Assembly (NCBI GenBank): GCA_026390695.1
Contig: JAPLFL010000070.1
Span: 624-64,623, forward strand
Source: Candidatus Kapaibacterium sp.
Lineage (GTDB): Bacteria > Bacteroidota > Ignavibacteria > Kapaibacteriales > UBA2268
Direction of reading: 5' to 3'
Length of the DNA: 64,000 nt
Both the position numbers and the translations under genes were made by a program. Positions 40,790 through 52,108 of the stretch are shown one piece after another. The number at the start of each line of letters is the position of its first letter. Positions within the stretch are counted from its first letter, which is position 1. The notes under the pieces were generated by a model. The model was not told the origin of the DNA. It worked only from the letters and a program-made list of their open reading frames with translations, and did no database searches.

Positions 40790-41887
40790 ATGAAAAAGAA
40801 AATATTAATTGTCGAAGATGAAGAAATAATAAGGGTAAGCCTTTCCAAAGCACTTGAATTAAATGAGTATAACGTACAATCAGCTCCTGATGGAGGTAAA
40901 GCTCTTGAAATAGCGAGAAGCTTTAAACCGGATTTAATTGTTTCCGATATTTTGATGCCAGTTATGAACGGCAAGCAATTATTAGAAGAATTACAGAAAG
41001 ACAGCTCAACAAGTATGATCCCTTTTTTATTTTTAACTGCTCTTTCGGATAAATCGGATGTCAGGCGCGGAATGCAGTTAGGAGCCGATGATTATATAAC
41101 AAAACCATTTGATATTAACGAACTGATTTCAGCTATACGGACAAGATTGAACAAACATGAAAAATCGCAACAACTTCAATCTACCAAAATAAATAATTTA
41201 GTTTCAAGTATTAATCGAGCACTGCCACATGAATTCAGAACACCAATAAGTATAATTATGGGCTTCTCTGATTATATTCTTAAAAAAGTAGATACGATAA
41301 GTAAACCCGATCTCAAGGATATGATTGCCAACATCAAAGAAGCTGGTGAAAGGCTCAGCAATTTATTTGAACAATATCTTTTCTATGCCTCATTAGAAGC
41401 CATTGCATCGAATAATGAAGAATTAAAAAAAGCTCGTTCTAAAAAAACTCCGTCGATTGAAATGATTATCTCAGATCTTGTTAATTTATTAACAAAACCA
41501 TTTAATAGAAGAGACGATTTTGAAATAGAAATTGATGACTGTGCAATTGCAATGAGTGAGGATTATTTCGTTAAACTGATGCAAGAATTAATTGAAAATT
41601 CTATGAAATTCTCACAATCAGGTTCAAAGGTTGTGATTATCGGGAAATTTGATTCAACTGATTGTCATCTTGAAATCAAAGACCACGGTCGGGGCATGTC
41701 CAATGAGCAGATAACAACTATAGGTGCGTATGTTCAATTTGAACGTGGCACTTATGAGCAGCAAGGAGCAGGGTTAGGATTAGCTATTTTAAATAAGATT
41801 GCTGAAGTGCATGGTGGTAAAATGACGATTCAAAGTGAACTTCAAAAATTTACAATATTCAAATTCCGCTTCCCTTTAGTGAGATAA
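40790..41887 (+). CDS. Hybrid response regulator / histidine kinase (REC-HisKA-HATPase)
   Basis: ILIVEDE, SDILMP, DYITKPF; PHEFRTP; N..KFS, DHGRG, GAGLGL. Confidence 0.92.
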   Translation: MKKKILIVEDEEIIRVSLSKALELNEYNVQSAPDGGKALEIARSFKPDLIVSDILMPVMNGKQLLEELQKDSSTSMIPFLFLTALSDKSDVRRGMQLGADDYITKPFDINELISAIRTRLNKHEKSQQLQSTKINNLVSSINRALPHEFRTPISIIMGFSDYILKKVDTISKPDLKDMIANIKEAGERLSNLFEQYLFYASLEAIASNNEELKKARSKKTPSIEMIISDLVNLLTKPFNRRDDFEIEIDDCAIAMSEDYFVKLMQELIENSMKFSQSGSKVVIIGKFDSTDCHLEIKDHGRGMSNEQITTIGAYVQFERGTYEQQGAGLGLAILNKIAEVHGGKMTIQSELQKFTIFKFRFPLVR

Positions 41888-43066
41888 CTGTTGATATTTA
41901 TTGATAATTCTGGTGACATTAACCTTCCAGTCGTATTTCTCAATTGCAGATTTTCTTGCTCCCTCAGATATTTTGATGGCAAGATTTTCGTCGGAATAAA
42001 TTTTTTGAACAGCCTCAGCAAGTGCTTCAGGCTGTTTTTGTTCACATAAGATTCCGTTTTCAGAATCCTGAATCACCTCGCCTAACTGTCCTACACTCGT
42101 TGCAACTATTGGTTTACCCATCGCCATATACTCGAATAATTTGGTGGGGGAACCGAAAAATTCACTATTATCATCATTTTGCACAGTTGGTGATAACAAA
42201 ACATTGCATGCAGCTAAATATTCAGGAATTTCATAATGATTTACAAAACCGGTAATTATACAATTATTCCCAACATTACTTTTTTGTATTATTTCCTCAA
42301 CCTTTGCCCGCATCATTCCATCACCAATAAAAAACAATATTGCATTCGGAATCTTCGAGATGATTGCTTTTGCTGCTTCTGCTAAAACATCGACACCGTG
42401 CCATTGTCCAAATGTTCCGCTAAACCCGCAAACAAACTTGTTCTCAAGTTTGTATTTCTGAATTATCCTCTTTCCATCAATATCGGGTCGGAACTTATCA
42501 GGATCAGTGCCATTCGGATTAACTACAACTTTTATTGGGTCAACCCCATAATCAATCATCATTCTTTTTACTACAGAAGAAGGTACAAAAATAGCATCAG
42601 CAGCGTCCCACTGAATTTCTTCAGCAATCCGAAGCAACTTATCGAAGTACAATTTTCCCCAGTTTTTTTTCACCCAAATCTGAACTCCATCGCAATGTAA
42701 AAAAAATGGAATGCCAAGCTCCTTTTTGATAATTGCTCCACCCCAGTTAAAATCATGATGATGCTGAAAAATAAAGTCAGGCTTATCATTCCTTATTAGT
42801 TTTTTGACAACATTAATCGCCTTCCTGTTATATGGTAAACAAAGAACTTCCGGTAGGTTCATAAATATTTTATTAAAAGGGATATGTATATTTTTCACAT
42901 ATTCAGGCAAGTAGGGCTCTCCCCCATTTACGAAACTAATTTCACATCCCAATTTATGAAAACCCTCCACCATACCATTATGCATGGTGTTAACACCTCC
43001 GAGAATTTGCGCTCCGTAAAAATCGGTACGCCAAAAAAGTAATTTTATTTTTTTGCTAATTTCCAT
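41876..43066 (-). CDS. GT4 family glycosyltransferase
   Basis: PNG.D, WHG, FGSPTKLFEYMAMGKP; likely start at MEISKK (43066) rather than the ORF-track 43096. Confidence 0.9.
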   Translation of the reverse strand: MEISKKIKLLFWRTDFYGAQILGGVNTMHNGMVEGFHKLGCEISFVNGGEPYLPEYVKNIHIPFNKIFMNLPEVLCLPYNRKAINVVKKLIRNDKPDFIFQHHHDFNWGGAIIKKELGIPFFLHCDGVQIWVKKNWGKLYFDKLLRIAEEIQWDAADAIFVPSSVVKRMMIDYGVDPIKVVVNPNGTDPDKFRPDIDGKRIIQKYKLENKFVCGFSGTFGQWHGVDVLAEAAKAIISKIPNAILFFIGDGMMRAKVEEIIQKSNVGNNCIITGFVNHYEIPEYLAACNVLLSPTVQNDDNSEFFGSPTKLFEYMAMGKPIVATSVGQLGEVIQDSENGILCEQKQPEALAEAVQKIYSDENLAIKISEGARKSAIEKYDWKVNVTRIINKYQQLSH

Positions 43067-43449
43067 TTCAAATAAGGTAATTTCACATAAAACCATGCAA
43101 CAATAATTGAACTTAAAATAAGTTCCAGAGCCAAACTTGTTAATTCAATAAAAAGAAAAGTAAAAATATTAAATCTGCTTTTATTCCCACCAGCATCAAT
43201 GATAGCTCCGCGACCTAATGAAAAAATAAGAATATAAATTTTTATAAAAATTTTGAATCTTTGATATTTCAAAGCCGTACAGCCAAAAAATATATTTGAA
43301 TAATCATTTCCCTTAATAATTCTTTTTATCTCGGTGAAGGTTACCAACTGTTTCTCGTCTAATTTAATCACATTTACATCTGACTGAATCAGACCATTAG
43401 CATTTATTATTCGTGGTGCATTATCCGACAATAGAAAAAGGAGATCCAT
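43045..43449 (-). CDS. Hypothetical protein with C-terminal hydrophobic helix, coupled to the GT4 gene
   Basis: 134-aa ORF overlapping the GT4 start by 22 nt. Confidence 0.6.
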   Translation of the reverse strand: MDLLFLLSDNAPRIINANGLIQSDVNVIKLDEKQLVTFTEIKRIIKGNDYSNIFFGCTALKYQRFKIFIKIYILIFSLGRGAIIDAGGNKSRFNIFTFLFIELTSLALELILSSIIVAWFYVKLPYLKWKLAKK

Positions 43450-43544
43450 GATAAATCAAATTAATAAAATTAAGTAAAAGATTAGAATCAGCCAAAGATT
43501 TGAGCCTATTAAAATATAATACCAAAATTAGTTATTTTTGTAAC

Positions 43545-44621
43545 ATGAATGAGAAAATTGAAAAATTTATTAAGTCAGGTACATTTCCACCAGTTTTGCT
43601 ATTATTTGGCAAAGAAGAATATCACATTTCCCAAGCATTGGAGCGCTTAACGAGCGATATTTTTCAGTTTGAAAACGCCGAATACAATACCCATATACTT
43701 GAAGCCGATGATACAAATATCAATACAATTCTTAACTTGTCATTATCCTATCCGTTTATGGCCGACCGTAGGTGTATTGTAGTTAAGCATTTTGAAAAAC
43801 TATTTTCAGGGCGGGTTTCCAAAAAAAATGATTCTTTGATTTCACTCGAAAAATATCTGGATAATCCTCAGAAAACAACAATTATAATTTTAACTGCTGA
43901 TTATGACGGAATAAACGGTTTAGCTGCCGAACTAAAGAATCCATCCAAAAAGGCAAAAGCAGAGAAGAGGATTGATGGACTCAAGGCTCCATTTAATAAA
44001 TTAATCCGTGAACATCAATGGATTGAATTCCCACAGGTACATGAATCAAATTTTTTTGAATTTATTAAATCCGAACTTTCAAAGCACAGTAAAACTGCTT
44101 CTGCTGAAGCTATACAGCTTTTGCTTGTACAATCAGGACAAACATTAAGGGAAATTGCAAACGAAATCGAAAAATTAGTTACTTATCTCGGTGAGCGCGA
44201 TTCGGTAACAGTTTCTGATGTTAGTTCTCTTATAGGAAGTTCACATATCTATAATGTCTATGATCTTCAGAAAGCCATTTCAGCACGAAATCTTAGTGAT
44301 GCAATGAAAATTCTTGAACATTTATTAGCACATGAGCGTCTCGAAATGCTAATTTTAACAGTTATATCAAGGCATTTCATTGCTCTTTGGAAATTATATG
44401 AAGAATCTCAAAAGCAGTCTAATGATTACCAATTGGCAGCAGCAGCCGGAATCAATCCATATTTCATCAATGAATATAAGTCTGCATTAAAAAAATATTC
44501 ACAGACCGACTTGGATAACGCCTTTAAAGCAATGGCAGAAGCCGATGCTCAGATAAAGGCAACAGGGGCTTACCCCTTATTAATAATGCAGAAAATGATT
44601 TTAAAAATTATTTCAAAATGA
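43545..44621 (+). CDS. holA: DNA polymerase III delta subunit
   Basis: PV.LL.G.E.Y, PFMADRR.IVVK, NEIEKL..Y, YNVYDL..AI, D...K; ATG at 43545 preferred over the ORF-track TTG at 43500. Confidence 0.88.
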   Translation: MNEKIEKFIKSGTFPPVLLLFGKEEYHISQALERLTSDIFQFENAEYNTHILEADDTNINTILNLSLSYPFMADRRCIVVKHFEKLFSGRVSKKNDSLISLEKYLDNPQKTTIIILTADYDGINGLAAELKNPSKKAKAEKRIDGLKAPFNKLIREHQWIEFPQVHESNFFEFIKSELSKHSKTASAEAIQLLLVQSGQTLREIANEIEKLVTYLGERDSVTVSDVSSLIGSSHIYNVYDLQKAISARNLSDAMKILEHLLAHERLEMLILTVISRHFIALWKLYEESQKQSNDYQLAAAAGINPYFINEYKSALKKYSQTDLDNAFKAMAEADAQIKATGAYPLLIMQKMILKIISK

Positions 44622-44634
44622 AATTTAACAAATA

Positions 44635-46503
44635 ATGGCACAAAATATAAAAGTCAGCGGTCTGTTCACCGGAAATGAAAACTTCGGATCCTCAGCAAGG
44701 ATGAAGGTTTTCAGGTTTATTATTATTCTTTTTACTTCAATATATTTATTACAACTTGCTTATCTTCAAATCATTCGTGGAAGTTTATTCCGCAGTGAAA
44801 GCGAGGCTCAGGCAATAAAGAAAATGCCAATCGAACCATTCAGAGGAAATTTATTTGATAGGAACAGAGAACTAATTGTACATAATAAGCCATCATTTTC
44901 AATTACCATAACTCCTTATTTATTTAAATCCGAATGTATTCCGCTTCTGCTCTCAATAATTCCGGTTGATTCAACCCTGCTACTTGAAATTGCAACGGAT
45001 GCTAAAAAATTTCCAAGATTTACACCAATTAAAATTTATCGTGATTTGAATTATGAAGAAACCGCTAAAATAGAGGAATACAGCGACTTTTTAAACGGTG
45101 TGGATGTTATTGTCGAATCAAAAAGAAAATACGAATTTGAGTGCAATATGGCTCATTTGTTAGGCTATACCAGAGAAGTTACTCCCGATCAGATTAAAAA
45201 ATTCTCCTACCTTAAACCTGGCGACGTTATTGGGCAAACCGGACTTGAATATACTTATGATAGAATTGTTCGTGGTGAACCAGGATACCAATACATTGCC
45301 GTTACAAATAATGGAAAGCGTGTTTATTCTTTTGACCAGAAAAAAATTAGAACTCCTGCCAATAATGGCTCTGACTTGCAACTTGGGCTTGATTTACATT
45401 TACAGGAATTAGCCGAAAAACTTCTTGAAGGGAAGCGCGGAGCTGCCGTAGCGCTTGATCCATCCACTGGTGAAATTATTATATTTGCAAGTAAACCTGA
45501 TTATGATCCTCGTGAATTTAGTGGAAAAGTTCCTACAGCCCTTTTTGAGAAATTAAATAATGATGATGGAAAGCCTCTTCTAAACCGTGCTTTAATGTCA
45601 CAGTACCCACCGGGTTCGACATGGAAGATGCTTATGGCTGCTGCTGCACTTCAGGAAGGATTAATCACCGAGAACACAATTATGTATTGTCCGGGTTCTT
45701 TTACTTTTGCCGGACGTTCCTACAAGTGCCATAGCGCACATGGACAGGTAAATGTAAAAAAAGCAATACATGTATCTTGCAATGTATTTTTTTATCAGAT
45801 CGGATTGAAATTAGGTATGGAGCGGTTTGAAAAATACGGTGATATGTTTGGATTCGGTCGTAAAACTTATATAGATTTACCAAACGAGGCTTCTGGTCGG
45901 CTTCCAACTGTCGAATGGTTAAGTACTCAACATGATAAATATTCTCAAGGTAAATTAGTCAACTACGGTATCGGGCAAGGTGAAATTCTTGTTACTCCGC
46001 TCCAGATGGCTGTTTATGCTGCAACTATTGCTAATAAAGGAATTGTAGTTCAACCTCATGTTGTAAGTAATGTTTTAAATAATTTGACTAATAAAACCGA
46101 GTCTATTTTTTACGCAAAAAAAGAATTACCCGTTGATAAAAAAATATTTGAGATTATTCAATCTGGTATGTTCGACGTAGTAAATACTCCCGGTGGTACA
46201 GCCTCCGCAGCTAAACTTCCTGATATTGTAGTTTGTGGTAAAACCGGTACCGCTCAAAATCCTCATGGGCAGGATCATTCATGGTTTATCTGTTTTGCTC
46301 CGAGAGACAATCCAAAAATCGCTATGGCAGTATTTGTAGAGAATGCAGGCTTTGGTGGCGCTATTTCAGCTCCGATAGCTCATGATCTGTTGAATGGATT
46401 TTTTCATCCGGGAACCTTGAAGCAACAACTTGCTGAAACAAAGAAAAAAGCAGCTCCTGCAGACACTTTAAAGCCTAATTTAGAAGAAGTGGAACCGGAA
46501 TAA
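44635..46503 (+). CDS. mrdA: Penicillin-binding protein 2
   Basis: RG...DRN, PPGSTWK (SxxK), SCN (SxN), KTGTAQ; N-terminal TM. Confidence 0.95.
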   Translation: MAQNIKVSGLFTGNENFGSSARMKVFRFIIILFTSIYLLQLAYLQIIRGSLFRSESEAQAIKKMPIEPFRGNLFDRNRELIVHNKPSFSITITPYLFKSECIPLLLSIIPVDSTLLLEIATDAKKFPRFTPIKIYRDLNYEETAKIEEYSDFLNGVDVIVESKRKYEFECNMAHLLGYTREVTPDQIKKFSYLKPGDVIGQTGLEYTYDRIVRGEPGYQYIAVTNNGKRVYSFDQKKIRTPANNGSDLQLGLDLHLQELAEKLLEGKRGAAVALDPSTGEIIIFASKPDYDPREFSGKVPTALFEKLNNDDGKPLLNRALMSQYPPGSTWKMLMAAAALQEGLITENTIMYCPGSFTFAGRSYKCHSAHGQVNVKKAIHVSCNVFFYQIGLKLGMERFEKYGDMFGFGRKTYIDLPNEASGRLPTVEWLSTQHDKYSQGKLVNYGIGQGEILVTPLQMAVYAATIANKGIVVQPHVVSNVLNNLTNKTESIFYAKKELPVDKKIFEIIQSGMFDVVNTPGGTASAAKLPDIVVCGKTGTAQNPHGQDHSWFICFAPRDNPKIAMAVFVENAGFGGAISAPIAHDLLNGFFHPGTLKQQLAETKKKAAPADTLKPNLEEVEPE

Positions 46504-46579
46504 TGGTTAATAGTTAACTATTAATGATTAATTATCAAACCTTTAGTACGGGGAAGCTTTTGTCTGTAATTGGTTTGGT

Positions 46580-47680
46580 CTAATTTTGAATAAATAAAGA
46601 TTCGTTTCTAATCGGATAATTTTTTCTCAATTGGTCAAATTCAATCACTCGCTCTTGTTCTGACATTACAAGCAATTTTCGAAAATTATCATTATCATAT
46701 TCAATTTGTCTGGATCTATTTATTATTTTAGAAATATCTTTGGGTGGTTTAATAGAGAGCTCATCTGCACTGATTGAATCGCAACTATCCTCAACAAAAA
46801 CCGAATAATCGATTTCTATTTTATATTGTTTATTAATTTCCTCTGCCAAAATTCTTGAAGCTAATACTTTACCGTTATTCGAATAACCGGCAATATGCGG
46901 AGTCGCTATTATAGCTTGTTTTGCTATTTCAAGATTTATTTTAGGTTCATTTTCCCAAACATCAAATACAAAATCAATATTTTTATTTTTAATGGTTTCC
47001 AAAAATGCTGATTCATCAACAACAGAGCCACGAGATGTATGCAAAAATAGAGAATTATCTTTTATCTTAGATAGTAAATCAATGTTAATAAGGCTGTGAG
47101 TGCTATATTTGCCAGATAAATGCAATGGTACATGATTAGTTATTATATCAGAATCTTTAAATATTTCAGAAATTGATTTGTGGTGCACCCAATCAGGAAA
47201 TTTAAATTTTTCATCAAACAACGGAGGATCATTTACAACTACTTCAATACCTAATTTATGCGCATACAGAGCTACTTTCCTGCCGATATTCCCATACCCA
47301 ATAATTCCGATTTTCTTCTCATTTAATTGATTGTTATTAACGTTAGACCATTTTAATAAACAATAAATAACATATTCTGCAACACTATTGGAATTAGCTC
47401 CTGTTGCCGCCTTAAAAGATATTCCATTTTTTTTTAGATAATCCAAATTAATATGATCGGTTCCTGTAGTGGCTGTTCCAACAAATTTTACCTTAGTCCC
47501 ATTTAACAAGTTCTGATCAACTTTGCAGGTTGAACGGACAATTAAAATTGTACATTGACCTTTTAATATTTCTTCATTCGACAGTTTTCTTCCTTCAAAT
47601 AAAACAGTGCTACTGCTCTCTTTCACAGAGTGTTTAAGAAGTTTAATATTTTTATCAATATATATCAGTTCTTCAGTCAA
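46580..47680 (-). CDS. pdxB: Erythronate-4-phosphate dehydrogenase
   Basis: VRS, GTATTGTDH, GANSNSVAEY, GIIGYGNIG, NDPP, SRG.VVD, DVWE.EP, TPHIAGYS..GK; probable TTG start at 47680. Confidence 0.85.
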   Translation of the reverse strand: MTEELIYIDKNIKLLKHSVKESSSTVLFEGRKLSNEEILKGQCTILIVRSTCKVDQNLLNGTKVKFVGTATTGTDHINLDYLKKNGISFKAATGANSNSVAEYVIYCLLKWSNVNNNQLNEKKIGIIGYGNIGRKVALYAHKLGIEVVVNDPPLFDEKFKFPDWVHHKSISEIFKDSDIITNHVPLHLSGKYSTHSLINIDLLSKIKDNSLFLHTSRGSVVDESAFLETIKNKNIDFVFDVWENEPKINLEIAKQAIIATPHIAGYSNNGKVLASRILAEEINKQYKIEIDYSVFVEDSCDSISADELSIKPPKDISKIINRSRQIEYDNDNFRKLLVMSEQERVIEFDQLRKNYPIRNESLFIQN

Positions 47681-47770
47681 TCTATTTACATTTACATTGA
47701 AAAGCAAAATTATAAATATAATGAATCAAACAATGGTAATTTGGAATAATTATTTAAACGAAAAGAGAAT

Positions 47771-48136
47771 ATGAATTTTGCAAAAATAATATTTTTTATA
47801 ATACTGATTTTCATAATTTCATCATGCAAGCAATACATTTCTCAAAATGAGCTCATAGTGTTGAAACCGGGCATGGATACATCCCTTGTCAAAAGATATT
47901 TCAATAAAATTAGTCCAAGATGTACTGCCGGAACCAATATTTTTGGCGATAGTTCTGTTTTTGTTGAAATATATATATTAAAAAAAGGTGAAACATATTC
48001 TTCATATTTTCTTGCCTATAAAAAAGGGAAACTGCTGTTTAGCGGCTTCCCTTACGAATTTATTTCAAATGATGATTCCCTCATTAATTCAATAGGAAAC
48101 AAAACTTCGGAATATTATGAAAAAAATTGCGATTAA
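47771..48136 (+). CDS. Hypothetical lipoprotein
   Basis: Hydrophobic signal ending ISSC lipobox. Confidence 0.7.
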   Translation: MNFAKIIFFIILIFIISSCKQYISQNELIVLKPGMDTSLVKRYFNKISPRCTAGTNIFGDSSVFVEIYILKKGETYSSYFLAYKKGKLLFSGFPYEFISNDDSLINSIGNKTSEYYEKNCD

Positions 48137-48137
48137 T

Positions 48138-50705
48138 TTAGTTCATTCCAATTCTATGGTCTAAATCCAAATCTAATTCCTCTTCAGGATTCAAATTTTC
48201 TTTTTCAATAAGAATCATAGGTTTATCAAGTGTTTTTTCATCAATTTGACGTACACCACCTTCAAAAGTAAATTCAATCTTCTTATTTTCTTTATCAAAT
48301 TCTCCTGAAATACGGCATCCTGAGCCAATATTATCTTTTAAAAGTGCTTCTGCTATTTCATCCTCAACATATTTTTGAAGTGCTCGTCTAAGAGGTCTGG
48401 CTCCGAATTTTTCGTCAAATCCCTTATCTACTAAAAACTCTTTGCTTTCATCAGTCAGAGTGAGAGTCATATTATTAATTTTCAATCTTCTCTTCAAAGC
48501 TTCAAGCTGAATATCAATAATTTTAAGAATATGTTCTTTTTGTAATTTTCTAAAGATAATAAAGTCATCAATTCTGTTTACAAACTCAGGATTGAAGAGG
48601 TGTTTCACAGCTTCTTCAATTGAAGATTTTACATTGTCATAATCATTAGAAACCGAGTCTATATTAAATCCGATTTTTCCACCTGCCTTTATATCACGTG
48701 TTCCAACGTTAGAGGTCATAATTATTACCGTGTTTTTAAAATCTATCTTTCTACCAAGCCCATCAGTTAGTACTCCATCATCAAATACCTGCAAAAGTAT
48801 ATTAAATACATCTGGGTGTGCTTTTTCAATTTCATCCAACAGTATTATACTATATGGTTTCCGTCTTACTTTTTCAGTTAATTGTCCACCTTCTTCATAA
48901 CCAACATATCCTGGAGGTGCGCCTACGAAGCGGGATACGGAGTATTTCTCCATGTACTCACTCATATCAATTCTGATCAAAGCATCTTCGTTATCAAACA
49001 TAACTTTTGACAAAACCTTGGCAAGCTCTGTCTTTCCAACACCAGTAGGTCCCAAAAACATAAACGAACCGATCGGACGTTTCGGATCTTTAAGACCAGC
49101 TCTTGCTCTACGTATTGCTTTGGTCAATGACTCAATTGCCTCATCCTGGCCTACAATCATTTTCTTCAAATCTTCAGACAGACGAAGTAATTTTAGTGAT
49201 TCATTTTCTGCAATTCTATTCACAGGAATTCCGGTCATCATTGCGACTATATCAGAAATGTCATCATCATTAACAGGAAAAACGCGCTCCCGTGATCGAT
49301 TTTCCCAATTATTTTTGGCTATTTCCAAATCGGCTAATAATCTTTTCTCCAAATCTCGCAGCCTGGCTGCTTCTTCAAAGTTTTGACTTTTGACTACATT
49401 ATTCTTTTCATTTCTGATGTCTTCAAGTTTTTCCTCAATTTCGATAATATCTTTTGGTACTTCAATGTTTGCTAAATGAACTCGCGCACCTGCTTCATCA
49501 AGCACATCTATGGCTTTATCCGGGAAATTTCTATCACTAATATAACGTTCAGCTAGACGGACACATGTCTCCACGGCTTCTTCCGTAAAAATTACATTAT
49601 GATGTTCTTCATATCTGTCTTTAATTTTATCAAGGATTTTTCTTGTCTCATCTGCATTAGGTGGTTCAACAAGTATTTTCTGGAATCTGCGCTCCAGAGC
49701 TCCATCTTTCTCAATATACTGCCTATATTCATCGAGCGTTGTTGCACCTATACATTGGATATCTCCACGGGCTAAGGCTGGTTTGAACATATTTGAAGCA
49801 TCCAAAGACCCAGATGCGCCGCCAGCACCGACCAGTGTATGTAATTCATCGATAAATAATATTACATCTTTTGCTTTTTCAAGTTCATTTAGAACAGCCT
49901 TCATTCTTTCTTCAAACTGACCACGATATTTAGTACCCGCAACCAGAGCAGCCAAATCAAGAGTAATTATTCTTTTATTAAACAGAGCGCGAGAGACTTT
50001 CTTTTCTATAATACGAAGGGCTAATCCCTCAACTATGGCTGTTTTGCCAACTCCTGGTTCACCAATTAATACTGGGTTATTTTTCTTACGACGGCTAAGT
50101 ACCTGACAAACACGTTCAATCTCCTTAGTTCTGCCGATTACCGGATCTAATTTTCCGTCTGTGGCTAACTTGGTGAGATCACGTCCAAAATTATCGAGAA
50201 CGGGCGTTTTTATTTTTTCTTTCTGTTGCTTTGTTTTGCCGCTCTCATACTGATTTGCAAAGCTTGGTTTTCCATGAACAATGCTTTCAATTTCACGTCG
50301 AACTGCATCATAGTTTACACTGAACTGTGCGAGAATCTGGGCTGCAATATTTTCCTCATCTCTTAGTAAAGATAGCAGTAGATGCTCAGTTCCAATGAGT
50401 GTAGCTTTATATAACTTTGCTTCCAAATATGTAATTTTCAATACTTTTTCCGCTTGTTTTGTCAAGGGTATATTACCAATTGAAATGGTTGTACTCGTTG
50501 AACGAACAGTATCTTCAATACCTCTTTTCAATTTATACAAATCAACTCCTAAATTTTTCAGAGCCTTGACAGCTATTCCTTCGCCTTCGCGAATAATACC
50601 CAATAGTAAATGCTCTGTACCAATGTAGTCATGACCAAGCCGCAATGCTTCATCGCGACTCAATTTTATAACTTCATTTACTCTGTTTGAAAAATTTCCT
50701 TCCAT
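48138..50705 (-). CDS. clpC: ATP-dependent Clp protease ATPase subunit ClpC
   Basis: Two Clp N repeats (TEHLLL), [11 protein letters not shown]-like [24 protein letters not shown]. Confidence 0.95.
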   Translation of the reverse strand: MEGNFSNRVNEVIKLSRDEALRLGHDYIGTEHLLLGIIREGEGIAVKALKNLGVDLYKLKRGIEDTVRSTSTTISIGNIPLTKQAEKVLKITYLEAKLYKATLIGTEHLLLSLLRDEENIAAQILAQFSVNYDAVRREIESIVHGKPSFANQYESGKTKQQKEKIKTPVLDNFGRDLTKLATDGKLDPVIGRTKEIERVCQVLSRRKKNNPVLIGEPGVGKTAIVEGLALRIIEKKVSRALFNKRIITLDLAALVAGTKYRGQFEERMKAVLNELEKAKDVILFIDELHTLVGAGGASGSLDASNMFKPALARGDIQCIGATTLDEYRQYIEKDGALERRFQKILVEPPNADETRKILDKIKDRYEEHHNVIFTEEAVETCVRLAERYISDRNFPDKAIDVLDEAGARVHLANIEVPKDIIEIEEKLEDIRNEKNNVVKSQNFEEAARLRDLEKRLLADLEIAKNNWENRSRERVFPVNDDDISDIVAMMTGIPVNRIAENESLKLLRLSEDLKKMIVGQDEAIESLTKAIRRARAGLKDPKRPIGSFMFLGPTGVGKTELAKVLSKVMFDNEDALIRIDMSEYMEKYSVSRFVGAPPGYVGYEEGGQLTEKVRRKPYSIILLDEIEKAHPDVFNILLQVFDDGVLTDGLGRKIDFKNTVIIMTSNVGTRDIKAGGKIGFNIDSVSNDYDNVKSSIEEAVKHLFNPEFVNRIDDFIIFRKLQKEHILKIIDIQLEALKRRLKINNMTLTLTDESKEFLVDKGFDEKFGARPLRRALQKYVEDEIAEALLKDNIGSGCRISGEFDKENKKIEFTFEGGVRQIDEKTLDKPMILIEKENLNPEEELDLDLDHRIGMN

Positions 50706-50859
50706 CTATTCGCCTTTATAACTTTCTTTTAATATTTTAAATTTTCTACTTAGGAAATACAAAATTATATTCGTTTTGTGTATCATATTTATTAATTATT
50801 ATGAATTTCAAGGTATTATGTATTCTTAGACGATTTAAATGATTTTATATTTTAAGTAA

Positions 50860-51585
50860 TTATACTGCTATTGCAAGGGTTGCAATATCGACCTGACGAG
50901 CACCATTTTCTAGCAAAAGAACCGCACAAGCATTCAGAGTTGAGCCTGTAGTCAGTACATCATCGGTAAGTAATAAAATTTTATTTTTTAACTCTGGATG
51001 ATTCTTTTTTAAATCGAATACTCCTTCGACATTAGTTTGTCTTTCATTCGATTTTAGCAAAGTTTGAGTTTGAGTATAAACTTTACGATAAATAATTTCA
51101 AAATTGCAAGATGACTTTATTTCTTTTGCAATTGCAGTAGCAATAGATTCAGACTGATTATATCCACGTTCACGTTTTTTTGCGAAATGGATTGGAACTG
51201 GAATTACAAAATCGTAAATAACATCAGATTCGCTTAGAATTTTTCTACCTAAAACACTACCATAATGACTACCAATGCGGGTAAATCCTGAATATTTTAA
51301 ATCTTTGATTAAAACAGAAAAACCTTTTTCATCATTATATTGATACAAACAATAAAAATTAGAAATACCTGATTCGTCTTTTTCAATATTTCTAAACATT
51401 TTATTTTTAATTTCATCGGCTGTGGGTGCTATGATGAAGCGATGTTCACATTCTGAACATACCCATTTGCTCTGCTCAATCGAAGAATTTATTAAATGTC
51501 CGCAAATTTCGCAATGTCTTGGGGCAATAAATTCATTCGCCGCTTCAAAGGCTTTAGTTGCAAGAATTTTAGTTGCTTTGTACAA
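50860..51585 (-). CDS. comF: ComF family phosphoribosyltransferase-like protein
   Basis: CxxC...CxxC, PVP.H..K.RERGYNQ, DDVLTTGST. Confidence 0.88.
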   Translation of the reverse strand: MYKATKILATKAFEAANEFIAPRHCEICGHLINSSIEQSKWVCSECEHRFIIAPTADEIKNKMFRNIEKDESGISNFYCLYQYNDEKGFSVLIKDLKYSGFTRIGSHYGSVLGRKILSESDVIYDFVIPVPIHFAKKRERGYNQSESIATAIAKEIKSSCNFEIIYRKVYTQTQTLLKSNERQTNVEGVFDLKKNHPELKNKILLLTDDVLTTGSTLNACAVLLLENGARQVDIATLAIAV

Positions 51586-52027
51586 ATTGTTCTAAAGATA
51601 ACTTTTGAATTGGGTATTTAAAAATATAAAAGCAAACGAGGATTGAAAGTGTATTTTCAGCAATCTTCTTCCAGCCTACTGTTTCAGCCATATTTTTTGC
51701 AAAGCACCCACAATTTATACTTAAGCCCTGAATCATTGCCAGTCCTACTGCTACAATAAATATCATAAGCAATATACTTGCTAACGCACTGCTACTGCGC
51801 AATCTGAAACCTACCAAAATAAATAGTCCGATTATCAATTCAATCCAAGGCATGATTAACGCAATAATGTTCAATAATGGCTCCCAGACTAAGCGATAAT
51901 TACTAATTTCTTTTGCAAACTGAGCAGGTTCAGCTATTTTGCCAATGGCTGCAAAAATAAAAAGGACACCAATTGCAAGTCTTGCAATAAGCTGTAGATA
52001 AGGATTATATAGGATTTTACTAATCAT
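51569..52027 (-). CDS. DoxX/MauE family membrane protein
   Basis: R...G.LFI.A..GK, PWIEL..G, G.SINCGCF; start placed at MISKIL. Confidence 0.85.
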   Translation of the reverse strand: MISKILYNPYLQLIARLAIGVLFIFAAIGKIAEPAQFAKEISNYRLVWEPLLNIIALIMPWIELIIGLFILVGFRLRSSSALASILLMIFIVAVGLAMIQGLSINCGCFAKNMAETVGWKKIAENTLSILVCFYIFKYPIQKLSLEQFVQSN

Positions 52028-52108
52028 AATTATTAATTGACTGATTTTTTTTAATTTTGCATTCATTCGTAAACAATGTTTCAATTAATTAAAAAACGAT
52101 ATTAAATA

